Origin: Bacteriovoracaceae bacterium
GTDB taxonomy: Bacteria; Bdellovibrionota; Bacteriovoracia; Bacteriovoracales; Bacteriovoracaceae
NCBI GenBank assembly: GCA_947377285.1
Contig: CANCFT010000013.1
Coordinates: 8,571 to 72,570 of the forward strand
Direction: 5' to 3'
DNA: 64,000 nucleotides
This document shows positions 54,815 to 64,000 of the stretch, piece by piece (positions within the stretch are counted from its first letter, which is position 1; the number at the start of each line of letters is the position of its first letter). The notes under the pieces are model-generated. The model had not been told where the DNA came from. It did no database searches and saw only the letters and a list, made by a program, of their open reading frames with translations. The position numbers were made by a program, and so were the translations under genes.

Positions 54815-55486
54815 TTAAAAACCTGCCTCATCGAGGGCCAAATTCGCCATCTTGTCACACATTTCGTTTTGAGGATGACCAGCGTGCCCCTTAATCCATA
54901 AAAAATAAATACGATTAAATCGAGATTTTAATTCGTCTAATTCTTTCCAAAGCAGGATATTTTCAGGATCTTTATTATCAGCTTTTTTCCAGCCTCGCGC
55001 CTTCCAACCAACAACCCACTTCTCGATTCCTTCTGTGACATATTTAGAATCGCTATAGACAAACACGGGGCTTTCTCTATCTGATACACCGTCTTCGATC
55101 CATTTTTCAATTAAGCCCTTCAAGCCCCTAATGACGCCTTCCAACTCCATTTTATTATTAGTTGTAGGGACATCCACACCTGAAGATTTAAGAATAACTT
55201 CACCCGATGAATCTTGAATTAAAGTGGCCCAAGATCCAGGTCCTGGATTACCGCGGCAAGCTCCATCTGCAAATATAGCATATCCGCTCTTTAATCCTAA
55301 CATTTCAGCAGGTAGTGGTAAATTAGTTGAAAAATCGCTCGCAACATCGTATTCAGATTCACTATTCTTTTCAGGTAAAAATTTTAATCGTCGATCTAAA
55401 CAATCTAAGGCCTCTAGGGCCTCAGTATCATCCATAAAAACAGTGCGTAATTTTCGAAGGTTTTTTTGTATTTCTGATTTTCTCAT
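54815..55486 (-). CDS. rnhA: ribonuclease HI with an approximately 70-aa N-terminal extension
   Basis: DGACRGNPGPGSWA, TNNKMELEG, YSDSKYV and IKGHAGHPQNEMCDKMA. Confidence 0.85.
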   Translation of the reverse strand: MRKSEIQKNLRKLRTVFMDDTEALEALDCLDRRLKFLPEKNSESEYDVASDFSTNLPLPAEMLGLKSGYAIFADGACRGNPGPGSWATLIQDSSGEVILKSSGVDVPTTNNKMELEGVIRGLKGLIEKWIEDGVSDRESPVFVYSDSKYVTEGIEKWVVGWKARGWKKADNKDPENILLWKELDELKSRFNRIYFLWIKGHAGHPQNEMCDKMANLALDEAGF

Positions 55487-55544
55487 TTTTAAATTCTAGC
55501 TTCAAAGCTATTCTTTTTAAAGCACATATGTTAAAACTCCTCGA

Positions 55545-56039
55545 ATGAGTACAGCTTTTTCTATACGCGTTTATAAGCAATATTTTAACTTCGCATCATC
55601 GCATTTTATGCTGTTTCAAGATGGAACGCGAGAGCCTTTGCACGGACACAATTATAGAGTTCAAGTCAGAGGTAATGCCCAAGATTTAAATGATGATATG
55701 GTTTTTGATTTTTTGAATATCAAACCCATTGTTCGGGAAGTCTGCGACTCTCTCGATCATAAATTATTAATCCCAAAAAATAATCCCCATTTAGTGATTG
55801 AAGAAAGAGAAAAAAATTATCTTCTCATCGCTCGAGATGAGAGTGTCTTTAGCATTCCTCAATCGGATGTTTTGATTTTGCCAATAGAAAATACTTCAGC
55901 TGAAAGAATTGCCGCTTATATTGCTTACCAAGTAAGTGAGAAAGTTCTTTTAAAATATCAATTTGAATTTAAAGAGCTTGAAATTGAAGTTGAGGAAACT
56001 CCAGGTCAGTCGGCCATATTTATTTTAACTAAAAACTAA
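55545..56039 (+). CDS. 6-pyruvoyl-tetrahydropterin / 6-carboxytetrahydropterin synthase family protein
   Basis: FASSHFM and EPLHGHNYRV (HxH zinc site), plus DHKLLIP. Confidence 0.7.
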   Translation: MSTAFSIRVYKQYFNFASSHFMLFQDGTREPLHGHNYRVQVRGNAQDLNDDMVFDFLNIKPIVREVCDSLDHKLLIPKNNPHLVIEEREKNYLLIARDESVFSIPQSDVLILPIENTSAERIAAYIAYQVSEKVLLKYQFEFKELEIEVEETPGQSAIFILTKN

Positions 56040-56067
56040 TGCCGGTTTATTCAAAAATAGGATCATT

Positions 56068-56769
56068 ATGAAATTTATTGAACTCTCTTCAGGATCTTCT
56101 GTGAAAGGGGAACTTATCCGTGCCTATAAATCTGAAAAAACAATGTCAGATAATTCTGAAACAAAATACAATTATATTTTAGGTGCGGTCCATGGAGATG
56201 AAGTTGAAGGTGCTCACTTAGCGCAACAACTTTTTCAGTGGCTAAGAGAAACAAATGAAGTCGATTTGCCAGTCATCGTAGTGCCTGTTGTAAATATTGA
56301 TGGATATAAATTAAAAACGAGAGTTAACGGAAATGGTGTTGATTTAAATCGCAATCTACCATCTGCTCAATGGACTCCTGAAGCACGTGAAGCAAAATAT
56401 TTCCCAGGTGTCGCTCCACTTTCGGAACCTGAAAATAAATATCTCGTTAGTTTATTTGAAAAATATCCACCTCGTTTTATTTTGAGTTTTCATTCATGGT
56501 ATCCTGTTATTAATTATAACGGAGCATGTAAAGAATTAGCTGAATTCTTATCTAGTTTTAATAAATACCCAATCGAAGCGGATTTTCTTACTCATCCAAC
56601 TCCTGGATCTCTCGGAGAATATGGCCCTCAGACATTGAATGCGCCGGTGCTTACATTTGAGTGTCCTGTCTTATCTGAGACAGTCACACTTGAAAAAATT
56701 TGGAAGGAAAACGAAGAGGGCTTTAAAAAACTTTTCACCACAAAAATAATCGAAACTTTCAAAGCATAA
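56068..56769 (+). CDS. M14-family zinc carboxypeptidase/amidase (MpaA-like)
   Basis: GAVHGDEVEG (HxxE), NGVDLNRN and SFHSW. No signal peptide. Confidence 0.7.
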   Translation: MKFIELSSGSSVKGELIRAYKSEKTMSDNSETKYNYILGAVHGDEVEGAHLAQQLFQWLRETNEVDLPVIVVPVVNIDGYKLKTRVNGNGVDLNRNLPSAQWTPEAREAKYFPGVAPLSEPENKYLVSLFEKYPPRFILSFHSWYPVINYNGACKELAEFLSSFNKYPIEADFLTHPTPGSLGEYGPQTLNAPVLTFECPVLSETVTLEKIWKENEEGFKKLFTTKIIETFKA

Positions 56770-56770
56770 A

Positions 56771-56797
56771 AAAAACCGCGCAAGCGGTTTTTTTTTA
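56771..56797. terminator. bidirectional rho-independent terminator
   Basis: AAAAACCGC-GCAA-GCGGTTTTTTTTT lies between convergent genes ending at 56769 (+) and 56821 (-). Confidence 0.7.
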
Positions 56798-56820
56798 TTT
56801 AAAAATTTAAAAGAAATTTT

Positions 56821-57669
56821 TTAACTAGCTTTGATAAATTTAATGACTTCTACTGGACAGGCTTCAGCTGCTTCTTGAATTTTTAATCCATCATTAAGTG
56901 GTGCCCCAGGACGGATTAAACAGGTTGAATCAGTCACTTCAAAAACTTCTGGAAATATTCCTTCACAGGCATCACAAACAATACATCCTGGCTCAATCCA
57001 AACTTTAGTAACGGCATAATTTGCAACAGTTGAAGTAGCAGCTCCTGCATCACTTGCACCTGAAAATTGACCTGCAAACTCTGGGTTTGTTGCAATTTTT
57101 AAGGCTTTACCCGACCTAGGAAGTGGAGGTGAAATAAAAGATCTTTCTGGTATCTCAAATCGAACTGTTTCTTTTGGAGTTGTAAATTGTTCAGTTACTT
57201 CTAAAGCAGTTTTAGTTGCAGTTTTATATTTTGAAAGAAAAGTATTTCCCTTCATTGAAATTTGATGAGTAATACTATCTTTTGAAGAAGACACTTCAAC
57301 TTCAATACTAGCGTTAGTCAAACCCTTTGCAGATAAAAGCTCTTTCATCTTAATGCCTAAATCTAAATCTCTGGCAAAATCAGTTCCCGAAGCTTCAAAC
57401 TCTCTCGTAATTTCCATTTGAACTGGATTGCCAAATGGATTAAAAAGTTGAATTTTTAATCGGTCAAATCGAAATGGTTCAGCTTCTTGATCCCAAACAA
57501 AACTAAAAGCAAATCCTTGCTCCCCGAATTGGCTTTTTAAAATTTCAATTTTTGGTTTGATAAAAAGAAAATTAAGCGCACCTGAAAGTAAGCTTAATGC
57601 TCCGATACCAACTAAAAGACCTATTCCTAAAAGAATCGCCACTGCCATGGCAATAAATGTCGTATTCAC
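56821..57669 (-). CDS. membrane-anchored protein with a C-terminal single-cluster ferredoxin domain
   Basis: N-terminal TM region (FIAMAVAILLGIGLLVGIGALSLL). The C-terminus carries CIVCDACEGIFPEVFEV...AAEACPVEVI (CxxCxxC...CP). Confidence 0.65.
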   Translation of the reverse strand: MNTTFIAMAVAILLGIGLLVGIGALSLLSGALNFLFIKPKIEILKSQFGEQGFAFSFVWDQEAEPFRFDRLKIQLFNPFGNPVQMEITREFEASGTDFARDLDLGIKMKELLSAKGLTNASIEVEVSSSKDSITHQISMKGNTFLSKYKTATKTALEVTEQFTTPKETVRFEIPERSFISPPLPRSGKALKIATNPEFAGQFSGASDAGAATSTVANYAVTKVWIEPGCIVCDACEGIFPEVFEVTDSTCLIRPGAPLNDGLKIQEAAEACPVEVIKFIKAS

Positions 57670-57744
57670 AAAAACCCCTCTAAAATATCATGAGTTGAAG
57701 CATCAGTTATTGGACTTTTATTTTAACATAAGATCATGAGATGT

Positions 57745-58701
57745 TTAGGAAAAAAGTGAAATTGAGAGCTGAAGATTAAAAATTGCATGAAGCTCAGGGC
57801 CATTTGGCCTGCCAAAACCCAAAAGAGTGCCATCTTCGTTATAAACCCAAAAATAATTCTCCGAACAAATTGGTTTTGGATTTTTTCGAATTTCTACTTC
57901 TGAAAGTCCAAAGCGATGACCTTGTACATATCGCATTGTTTGCGGAAGTAATAAATAAACAGCATCGAGTTCTAAAACTCTATCAAGAGGAATTCCATGA
58001 CTTTCAAGTGAAAAAGGTTTTCCCAGTTGAGGCCAATTTTCATAACGAAGAGACTCATCAAGATTTATTGTACCAACAGCTTTTCTTTCTAAGGTCAATA
58101 AGGCCCCGTATCCATTCATTAGTGTAGAGATCTCTTCAAATAAACTCCGCACATATGTCCCAGAAGAAACTGTTACTAAAAAATCTAAATAGGGATATTG
58201 GAATTCAAGAATTTCTAGTGAATAAATCTCGCGTTTCACTTTTTCTTTTTCAATGATTCTTCCTTCAAGAGCATGTTGATAAAGTCTTTTACCTTCAAAT
58301 TTCGTCGCAGAAATGGCATGGGGTCTTTGCCAATATTCTCCTAAAAATTGCTCGCTTAAAAAGTCCAAAATTTCTGATTGAGTTGCATTGATCCATTTTT
58401 CGTCAATATGTTTTGTTTCAATCACTTCAGAAGTTAAATCACCTGATTGTGTTCTTCCTCCGAAGACTCCGCGGGCCTGGTATGTTTTAGGAAGAAGTTG
58501 ATGAACATAATCATTTAATTTTTGGGCACCTTGAATACCTATTAAAAGCACTCCTTCAGCAAAGGGGTCAAGAGTTCCAAAATGTCCTATTTTTCCAAAT
58601 TTAAATCCAAGATTTTTTTTATAATGATGAACGACATCAAAAGATGAAACGCCAACAGGCTTTCGGACATTAAATACGAGGGGAATTTTTTTTAAATCCA
58701 T
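57745..58701 (-). CDS. truB: tRNA pseudouridine(55) synthase
   Basis: KPVGVSSFDVV, GHFGTLDPFAEGVLLIG (catalytic Asp) and a C-terminal PUA-like region. It sits in the nusA-infB-rbfA context. Confidence 0.9.
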   Translation of the reverse strand: MDLKKIPLVFNVRKPVGVSSFDVVHHYKKNLGFKFGKIGHFGTLDPFAEGVLLIGIQGAQKLNDYVHQLLPKTYQARGVFGGRTQSGDLTSEVIETKHIDEKWINATQSEILDFLSEQFLGEYWQRPHAISATKFEGKRLYQHALEGRIIEKEKVKREIYSLEILEFQYPYLDFLVTVSSGTYVRSLFEEISTLMNGYGALLTLERKAVGTINLDESLRYENWPQLGKPFSLESHGIPLDRVLELDAVYLLLPQTMRYVQGHRFGLSEVEIRKNPKPICSENYFWVYNEDGTLLGFGRPNGPELHAIFNLQLSISLFS

Positions 58702-58710
58702 GAATGGAAT

Positions 58711-59082
58711 TCACTCAGAGTTATTGCCAGAACTTTCATCGTTGGCATTTTTCATGAGATCCATAATTTTCTTTTCTTCTTCAAATTGATTATCGTAGAC
58801 AAAACTAATTGATGGAACATGTCTGACATCTAAGACTTTCGCTAGTTCTGAGCGAATTCTTCCGGCCGCAGCTTCGATTGCTTTTTTAGCGTCGCCTCTT
58901 GTGTGAGAATCAAAAGTATCCCAAGAAATGACAGCGTATCCATAATCAGGAGACATCTCAACTTTTGTAATACTCACTCTTTGCAATCGGCTATCACTAA
59001 TTCCAGTGCGAAGGAGACTGTTGATTTCATTCAACAGTCTTTCTTCAAATTTCGCTTTTTTAAAATTATTTTTTTTGGCCAT
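58711..59082 (-). CDS. rbfA: ribosome-binding factor A
   Basis: RLLNEINSLLRTGISDSRL...VSITKVEMSPDYGYAVISW...LDVRHVPSISFVYD. Confidence 0.9.
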   Translation of the reverse strand: MAKKNNFKKAKFEERLLNEINSLLRTGISDSRLQRVSITKVEMSPDYGYAVISWDTFDSHTRGDAKKAIEAAAGRIRSELAKVLDVRHVPSISFVYDNQFEEEKKIMDLMKNANDESSGNNSE

Positions 59083-59089
59083 AAATTAC

Positions 59090-62020
59090 TTATAGAGCAG
59101 GTCTTGATTCTTTAGAACCAGAACTTGTCATTCCTGCTGCATCTTCTAGTGTTCTTTTCTTTTGAATCATTAAATACGCTTCAAAAATATCTCCAGACTT
59201 AATATCTGAATATCCTTCTAGAGCAATACCACATTCATAACCATTCTTAACTTCTTTAACGTCATCTTTGAAACGTTTAAGTGAAGAAAGTTTTCCATCA
59301 TGCATGATTTTACCGTTTCTAAGTAAACGAATATTACAACCTTGAGCGATCTTGCCATCGATCACGTATGATCCAGCAATAACCCCAGCTTTTGGAATAT
59401 TGAAAACTTCGCGAACTTCTGCTCGACCAATAAATTCTTCAACAAACTCAGGATCAAGAAGACCTTCAAGAGCTAGTTTCACATCGTTGATCAACTCGTA
59501 AATAACAGAGTAGTTTTTAATATCTACGCCTTTATCTTCGGCCATCTTACGAGCACTAGTTACTGGACGCATATTAAATCCGATAACAAATCCACCTGAC
59601 GTTGCTCCCATTTGAACATCCGAATCAGTAATTGGACCAACTCCACCTGCTACGACTTTAACCGCAACTTCAGAGTTTCCAAGAGTCTCAAGAGACGATT
59701 TAATCGCTTCGTAAGATCCTTGAACGTCAGAGCGAATAATAAGATTAAGGAATTTTTGTTCCTCACCTTCTTTAGCTGCATTGGCAAAGAAATCTTCCAA
59801 AGAAACTTTTTTCTTCTCAGGAGCTGCTGCTAGAAGTTTTCTTTCTTGAATACGGTTCTCAGCAATTTTCTTAGCTTCTCTTTCACTCTTAACAATATTG
59901 AGTCTATCTCCAGGTGCTGGAGTTCCTTCTAAACCTAAAATTTGTACAGGAGTTGAAGGTCCGGCGTCATTAAGGTTTGCGCCTAAATGATCTGTTAGAG
60001 ACCTAGCTCTCCCAAACGTTTCCCCAACAACAAGGTAGTCACCTTTATGAAGAGTTCCATTTTGAATAAGTAGAGTCGCTATTGGTCCTCTTCCTGGTTC
60101 AATTTTCGATTCAATAACAACACCTTCAACTGCAGCTTTTGGGTTCGCTCTTAAATCAAGAATTTCTGCTTGAAGTAAAATCGCCTCTAGTAGTTCATCA
60201 ATTCCCTGACCTTTTAGGGCAGAAACGTGAACATATTGAGTTTGCCCACCCCAGTCTTCTGGCATTAAATTAAATTCAGTCAATTCTCTTTTAACGTTGT
60301 CAGGATTCACACCTGGTTTATCCATTTTATTGACAGCAATAATAATAGGAACGCCGGCATTTTCACAAAATTTTATTGATTCTTTTGTTTGTGGCATAAC
60401 ACCATCATCTGCAGCAACAACTAATACAACGATATCTGTTGCATGAGCTCCCCTTTGTCTCATGGCCGCGAAAGCCGCGTGTCCAGGAGTATCGAGGAAT
60501 GTTACTTGTTTTCCACCATCAACAGTTACAGAGTAAGCTCCGATGTGTTGAGTAATTCCACCTGCTTCACCTGAAGCAACTTTCGCTTTTCTGATTGAAT
60601 CTAGTAGTGTTGTTTTCCCATGGTCGACGTGCCCCATGATGGCCACAACTGGTGGACGAGTTGGAAATAAACTTTTTTGATCATCGGAAACGATAGCTTT
60701 ACCGATAATTTTTTCTTCATTGAATGCTTTGTCTTCAACTCTATAACCAAAAAGAGCACAGATATCAGCTGCTAGCGCAGGTCCAACATAATCCGTTTCT
60801 TTAATAAGTAAATTAAGCGATAAACATTCATCAACTAAATCTTTAAATTTTAGACTTAATTTTTTTGCTAATTCACCAAGCTCAGAACCTTTATGAATGA
60901 TGATCACTCGTTTAGATTCTTTAACTTCAGTTTTTTCAGTTTGTTGTGTTGCTCCCAAATAATCCTTTTTTCTCATTATCTGAGTATAAATTGGTCTACC
61001 AGTTCCACTTAACGCCGTATATGAACGTAGCTCTTCTTCAGCTCGAGACATCGTAATCGCCTGAGCTTTACTAGCAATAACTTTTTTACCAGTCATCAAA
61101 GAAGCAAGTCCACCTAATCGTTTCTTATTTTCTTCTTCATCAAAACGCTTTTTATCTTCTTCTTCTTGAGGAGTTCCTAGGCTAGGCTTAGGAGCTGTGC
61201 TAACGGGTCTTCTGGCAGCTTCTTCTTTAGCTTTTGCTTCTTGGGTTTCTTTAAAAAGAGGATCTTTTGAAGGAGTGTAGATCGGGGTAAATCTATGTGG
61301 TCGATCAATTCCCGATTTTCTATCTTCAGCTTTTATAATTGTTGTTGCAGGTGAAGATTTTTTTACTTCAACTACAGGCTCCGTACGAACTTCTGGAGCG
61401 CGGACAACCGGTTTTGAGACAACCCGTAATCCACCAGTTGGTGCTGGCGTTCCTGCCGATCGGCGTGGAGCTTCAGTAGGTGTTTCATCTATTTCTTCAG
61501 TCGTATCATCAACTTCTTCTGAGTCAACAAACTCTTCTTCAACTGTCTCATCTTCATAGAGAGCACTTAAGCCAGAAGATTGGTATTCTTCTGATTCAAA
61601 TTCATTTCCACCGTCTTTTTCATCAGTTTTTCTTCGAATAACAGTAGCTTTCTTTTTTACCGAAGTTGATTTAGGAGCTGCAACTTTAGCAGCAGCATCA
61701 CTTGATTCGGTTGCAAGAGTAGCAGCTACTTTTTTCTCAGCTACTTTTTTCTCAACAACTTTTTTCTCAACAACTTTTTTCTCAACCGTTTTAGTTTCGG
61801 CCGTCGGTGCTTTTTTTCTAATAACTTTCTTTTTAGCATCTGCACCAGATGAACTTTCTTCTTTATCTTTTTTTAAAGCAGAAAGAAACTTTGTTACGTC
61901 GTCATCACTTAATTCGGCCATATGATTTCGAACAACAAAACCTTTTGTCTTTAATAATTCGACCAGATCCAGCGGGCCTATCTCTAATTCTTTGGCCAGC
62001 TCAAATACTTTTTTAGGCAT
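59090..62020 (-). CDS. infB: translation initiation factor IF-2
   Basis: N-terminal [14 protein letters not shown], a Lys/Glu-rich repeat region, and G-domain motifs [18 protein letters not shown] and NKMD. Confidence 0.95.
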   Translation of the reverse strand: MPKKVFELAKELEIGPLDLVELLKTKGFVVRNHMAELSDDDVTKFLSALKKDKEESSSGADAKKKVIRKKAPTAETKTVEKKVVEKKVVEKKVAEKKVAATLATESSDAAAKVAAPKSTSVKKKATVIRRKTDEKDGGNEFESEEYQSSGLSALYEDETVEEEFVDSEEVDDTTEEIDETPTEAPRRSAGTPAPTGGLRVVSKPVVRAPEVRTEPVVEVKKSSPATTIIKAEDRKSGIDRPHRFTPIYTPSKDPLFKETQEAKAKEEAARRPVSTAPKPSLGTPQEEEDKKRFDEEENKKRLGGLASLMTGKKVIASKAQAITMSRAEEELRSYTALSGTGRPIYTQIMRKKDYLGATQQTEKTEVKESKRVIIIHKGSELGELAKKLSLKFKDLVDECLSLNLLIKETDYVGPALAADICALFGYRVEDKAFNEEKIIGKAIVSDDQKSLFPTRPPVVAIMGHVDHGKTTLLDSIRKAKVASGEAGGITQHIGAYSVTVDGGKQVTFLDTPGHAAFAAMRQRGAHATDIVVLVVAADDGVMPQTKESIKFCENAGVPIIIAVNKMDKPGVNPDNVKRELTEFNLMPEDWGGQTQYVHVSALKGQGIDELLEAILLQAEILDLRANPKAAVEGVVIESKIEPGRGPIATLLIQNGTLHKGDYLVVGETFGRARSLTDHLGANLNDAGPSTPVQILGLEGTPAPGDRLNIVKSEREAKKIAENRIQERKLLAAAPEKKKVSLEDFFANAAKEGEEQKFLNLIIRSDVQGSYEAIKSSLETLGNSEVAVKVVAGGVGPITDSDVQMGATSGGFVIGFNMRPVTSARKMAEDKGVDIKNYSVIYELINDVKLALEGLLDPEFVEEFIGRAEVREVFNIPKAGVIAGSYVIDGKIAQGCNIRLLRNGKIMHDGKLSSLKRFKDDVKEVKNGYECGIALEGYSDIKSGDIFEAYLMIQKKRTLEDAAGMTSSGSKESRPAL

Positions 62021-62044
62021 TATTAACTCCGTTTACATTCTTTT

Positions 62045-63454
62045 TTATTTCAATTTAAAAGCAGCAAGTTCTTCTCTTAAGCGTCTTTCAGCTTCAGAGA
62101 ATTTATCTTTGCCATCACCTTTGTCTTCTTTATGCTTATCCAACATACCTTTGTAAGCAGGAACAGCAGATGCAGAAACTAATTCTTCTTCATCATCGTG
62201 AAGATTAATAATTCCTTTCTCGATAGCATCATGAGTATCATTGATGATATTTTGAGCATCGGCCACATTTCCATGTAGCATTGTCGATAATGTTTCAGCA
62301 TCAAGAGCAGCTAAATCACCAATAGACATAATCCCATTCTGAACTAACATCTGAGCTCTAGCGTCTGAGACTGTTGGTATCTGAAGAAGATTTTCCACTG
62401 CTTTTTTAATTTTTTCTTGTAACTTAGTTTTTGAAATAATATTTATTTTATAACCAGTTAACATCGCCGCTAAACGAACGTTTTGTCCTCGTCTACCAAT
62501 GGCCAGTGACAATTGATCTTCTTCAACAACAACATCCATTGAGTAGTTTGCATGATCAACTTGAATATTTGAGATTTCTGAAGGTGCAAGAGCAGCTCTT
62601 GCAAATATTTCAATATCAGAATTCCAGCGAACGATGTCGATTTTTTCACCTTGAAGTTCATTGACTACGTTTTGAACTCTTGAGCCTTTCATCCCAACAC
62701 AAGCACCAACTGGATCAATGTCTTTATCACTTGTATAAACTGCAATTTTTGCTCTCTGACCTGGCTCTCTAGCGGCCGATTTAATCTCGATATTTCCATC
62801 AAGAATTTCTGGAACTTCAATTTCAAATAATTTGACAAGGTACATTGGAGAAGTTCGTGAAAGTCGAATTTCTGGGCCTCTATTAGTCATAACAACTTCT
62901 GATAAATAAGCTTGAATTCTATCGCCAGTTTTAAAATTTTCCCCTGGGATTAGTTCTTTTCTTGAAAGTATGGCATCTGATTTACCAAGATCGACGATTA
63001 CGTTACCGCGTTCATAGCGTCTAGCAATCCCAGTCACTAACTCACCTTCGCGGTGTTTGAAGTCAGAAAACAAGATTTCTCTTTCAGCGTCTCTTACTTT
63101 TTGAAAAATAATTTGACGAGCAGTTTGAACATCTACGCGTGTAAAACTAGGGTTCTCAATTCGAATCCCTAATTGATCCCCAACTTCAACAGCTTCATCT
63201 AAAGATCTAGCGTCGTTAATTGTAATTTCAATAATTGGGTCTTTAACGTTTTCAACAACGTTTTTATATTGATAAATTTCAATTTCATCTTCAGCGTCAT
63301 TGTATCGAGTTTCATACTCGCCTTGAATGCCGTATTTTTTTCGAGCAGTTACTAAAAACGCTTGTTCAATAGCACGAACGACAACTCTTTTGTCGATTCC
63401 ACGGTCCTTTCCCAGCGTTTCAATCATTCTTCCAAGTTCTGAAAAACTATTCAT
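62045..63454 (-). CDS. nusA: transcription termination/antitermination factor NusA
   Basis: S1 domain (GELVTGIARRYERGNVIVDLG), KH domains (ACVGMKGSRVQNVVNEL, AIGRRGQNVRLA) and a C-terminal HhH repeat. Confidence 0.95.
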   Translation of the reverse strand: MNSFSELGRMIETLGKDRGIDKRVVVRAIEQAFLVTARKKYGIQGEYETRYNDAEDEIEIYQYKNVVENVKDPIIEITINDARSLDEAVEVGDQLGIRIENPSFTRVDVQTARQIIFQKVRDAEREILFSDFKHREGELVTGIARRYERGNVIVDLGKSDAILSRKELIPGENFKTGDRIQAYLSEVVMTNRGPEIRLSRTSPMYLVKLFEIEVPEILDGNIEIKSAAREPGQRAKIAVYTSDKDIDPVGACVGMKGSRVQNVVNELQGEKIDIVRWNSDIEIFARAALAPSEISNIQVDHANYSMDVVVEEDQLSLAIGRRGQNVRLAAMLTGYKINIISKTKLQEKIKKAVENLLQIPTVSDARAQMLVQNGIMSIGDLAALDAETLSTMLHGNVADAQNIINDTHDAIEKGIINLHDDEEELVSASAVPAYKGMLDKHKEDKGDGKDKFSEAERRLREELAAFKLK

Positions 63455-63482
63455 TTTAACCTTCCTATCTTATTGCAATTCT

Positions 63483-64000
63483 CTATTCAATATCTGTTTC
63501 AATTTCTGTTTCACTATTTTTTTCATCGTCAGGATTGTAATTATTAAAGTCAGTTTCTAAATTGGCTTTTTTAATTTGAGTGTAAGGAATATCAACTAAT
63601 ACTCCTCTTGCATCAAACACAATCGATTCATCTTTTACTTCAATTAATTTCACTTTAATTTTTAAATTATTTCGAAGAACTTTGGGAAATTCGGGGTAAA
63701 TTGTTTCATCAATTTTTTTAGTCAATCCAAGTGTTACTTCTTGACCCACAACTCCACGAAAATGCTCAACTGACGTAAGATATCTAAATAACCCAGGTGA
63801 AGACACTTCTAAAGTTAAATTTTCAGGCATCCAAGTCTCACTCTCTATATAAGGAGTGAAAGCGCGGTCCACTTTTACACAGTCTTCAATCAATGCTGTT
63901 TTAGTTTTAGGATTTAATATATAAAGACAAAGTTGTCCTGATGATGAATTCCAATCAAGATCATACATTTCCAAATTTAATTCATTTAATATCTTTAAAG
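63483..64000 (-). CDS. rimP: ribosome maturation factor RimP (5' end runs off the window)
   Basis: LTLEVSSPGLFRYL motif, directly upstream of nusA. The frame stays open upstream of the track start (TTG 63974) to position 64000 (...LKILNELNLEMYDLDW). Confidence 0.8.
   Translation of the reverse strand, partial: LKILNELNLEMYDLDWNSSSGQLCLYILNPKTKTALIEDCVKVDRAFTPYIESETWMPENLTLEVSSPGLFRYLTSVEHFRGVVGQEVTLGLTKKIDETIYPEFPKVLRNNLKIKVKLIEVKDESIVFDARGVLVDIPYTQIKKANLETDFNNYNPDDEKNSETEIETDIE

Noticed and set aside
55497-55510. 6-2-6 palindrome TAGCTT-CA-AAGCTA between rnhA and the pterin-synthase-family gene.
   Set aside because: It is short and AT-rich, has no associated regulator and no second copy that I noticed in the window. 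It is likely chance.
61726-61785. Four tandem 15-nt repeats (CTACTTTTTTCTCAG/CAACTTTTTTCTCAA) that could be mistaken for a repeat array.
   Set aside because: They encode the in-frame (V/A)EKKV pentapeptide repeats of the IF-2 N-terminal Lys/Glu-rich region. There are no spacers, so this is not a CRISPR or regulatory array.
1-64000. Scan for tRNA/rRNA genes, CRISPR arrays, integrases, transposases, phage genes and toxin-antitoxin pairs.
   Set aside because: I found no T-loop-like GGTTCGAATCC-type motif in any intergenic region. I also saw no regularly spaced direct repeats and no recombinase-like ORFs. The scan was by eye only, so small structured RNAs cannot be excluded.

Overview
This is a gene-dense, AT-rich (by eye mid-30s % GC) bacterial chromosomal segment with about 66 protein-coding genes. 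I found no rRNA or tRNA genes, CRISPR array, transposase, integrase or phage genes. Housekeeping anchors are queA (cut at the left edge), glpX, yggS, pgsA-serB-panD, a clpB-like gene, lexA-dinB, murI-eno, nth, rnhA and the rimP-nusA-infB-rbfA-truB operon (rimP cut at the right edge). Between them lie many Sec-signal or lipobox proteins, secreted hydrolases (an S1/P1 nuclease, a PHB-depolymerase-family esterase, an M14 amidase) and single-domain signalling proteins (PilZ, cNMP-binding, CheY-like, a minimal histidine kinase). This content fits a predatory Bdellovibrio-like or Bacteriovorax-like organism, but that is inference only. The candidates most worth follow-up are: (1) a tightly coupled five-gene operon at 25932-30802 (alpha/beta hydrolase, KAS III-like condensing enzyme, FabG-like SDR, alpha/beta hydrolase, ANL ligase). 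Its family composition mirrors Ole/beta-lactone head-to-head condensation pathways, but several catalytic details differ. (2) Two adjacent secreted paralogues at 48625-52191, one fused to a complete acetyl-CoA hydrolase/transferase domain. (3) A 1874-aa surface lipoprotein whose SUMF1/FGE-like domain carries a large insertion, followed by a small ParA plus partner cassette. (4) A MenE-MenH fusion gene directly behind lexA-dinB. (5) An unknown 468-aa protein overlapping a secreted S1/P1 nuclease by ATGA, followed by a receiver domain. (6) An orphan CpaF ATPase operon with no other pilus genes. All functional calls rest on motifs read by eye from the translations; no database search was run.
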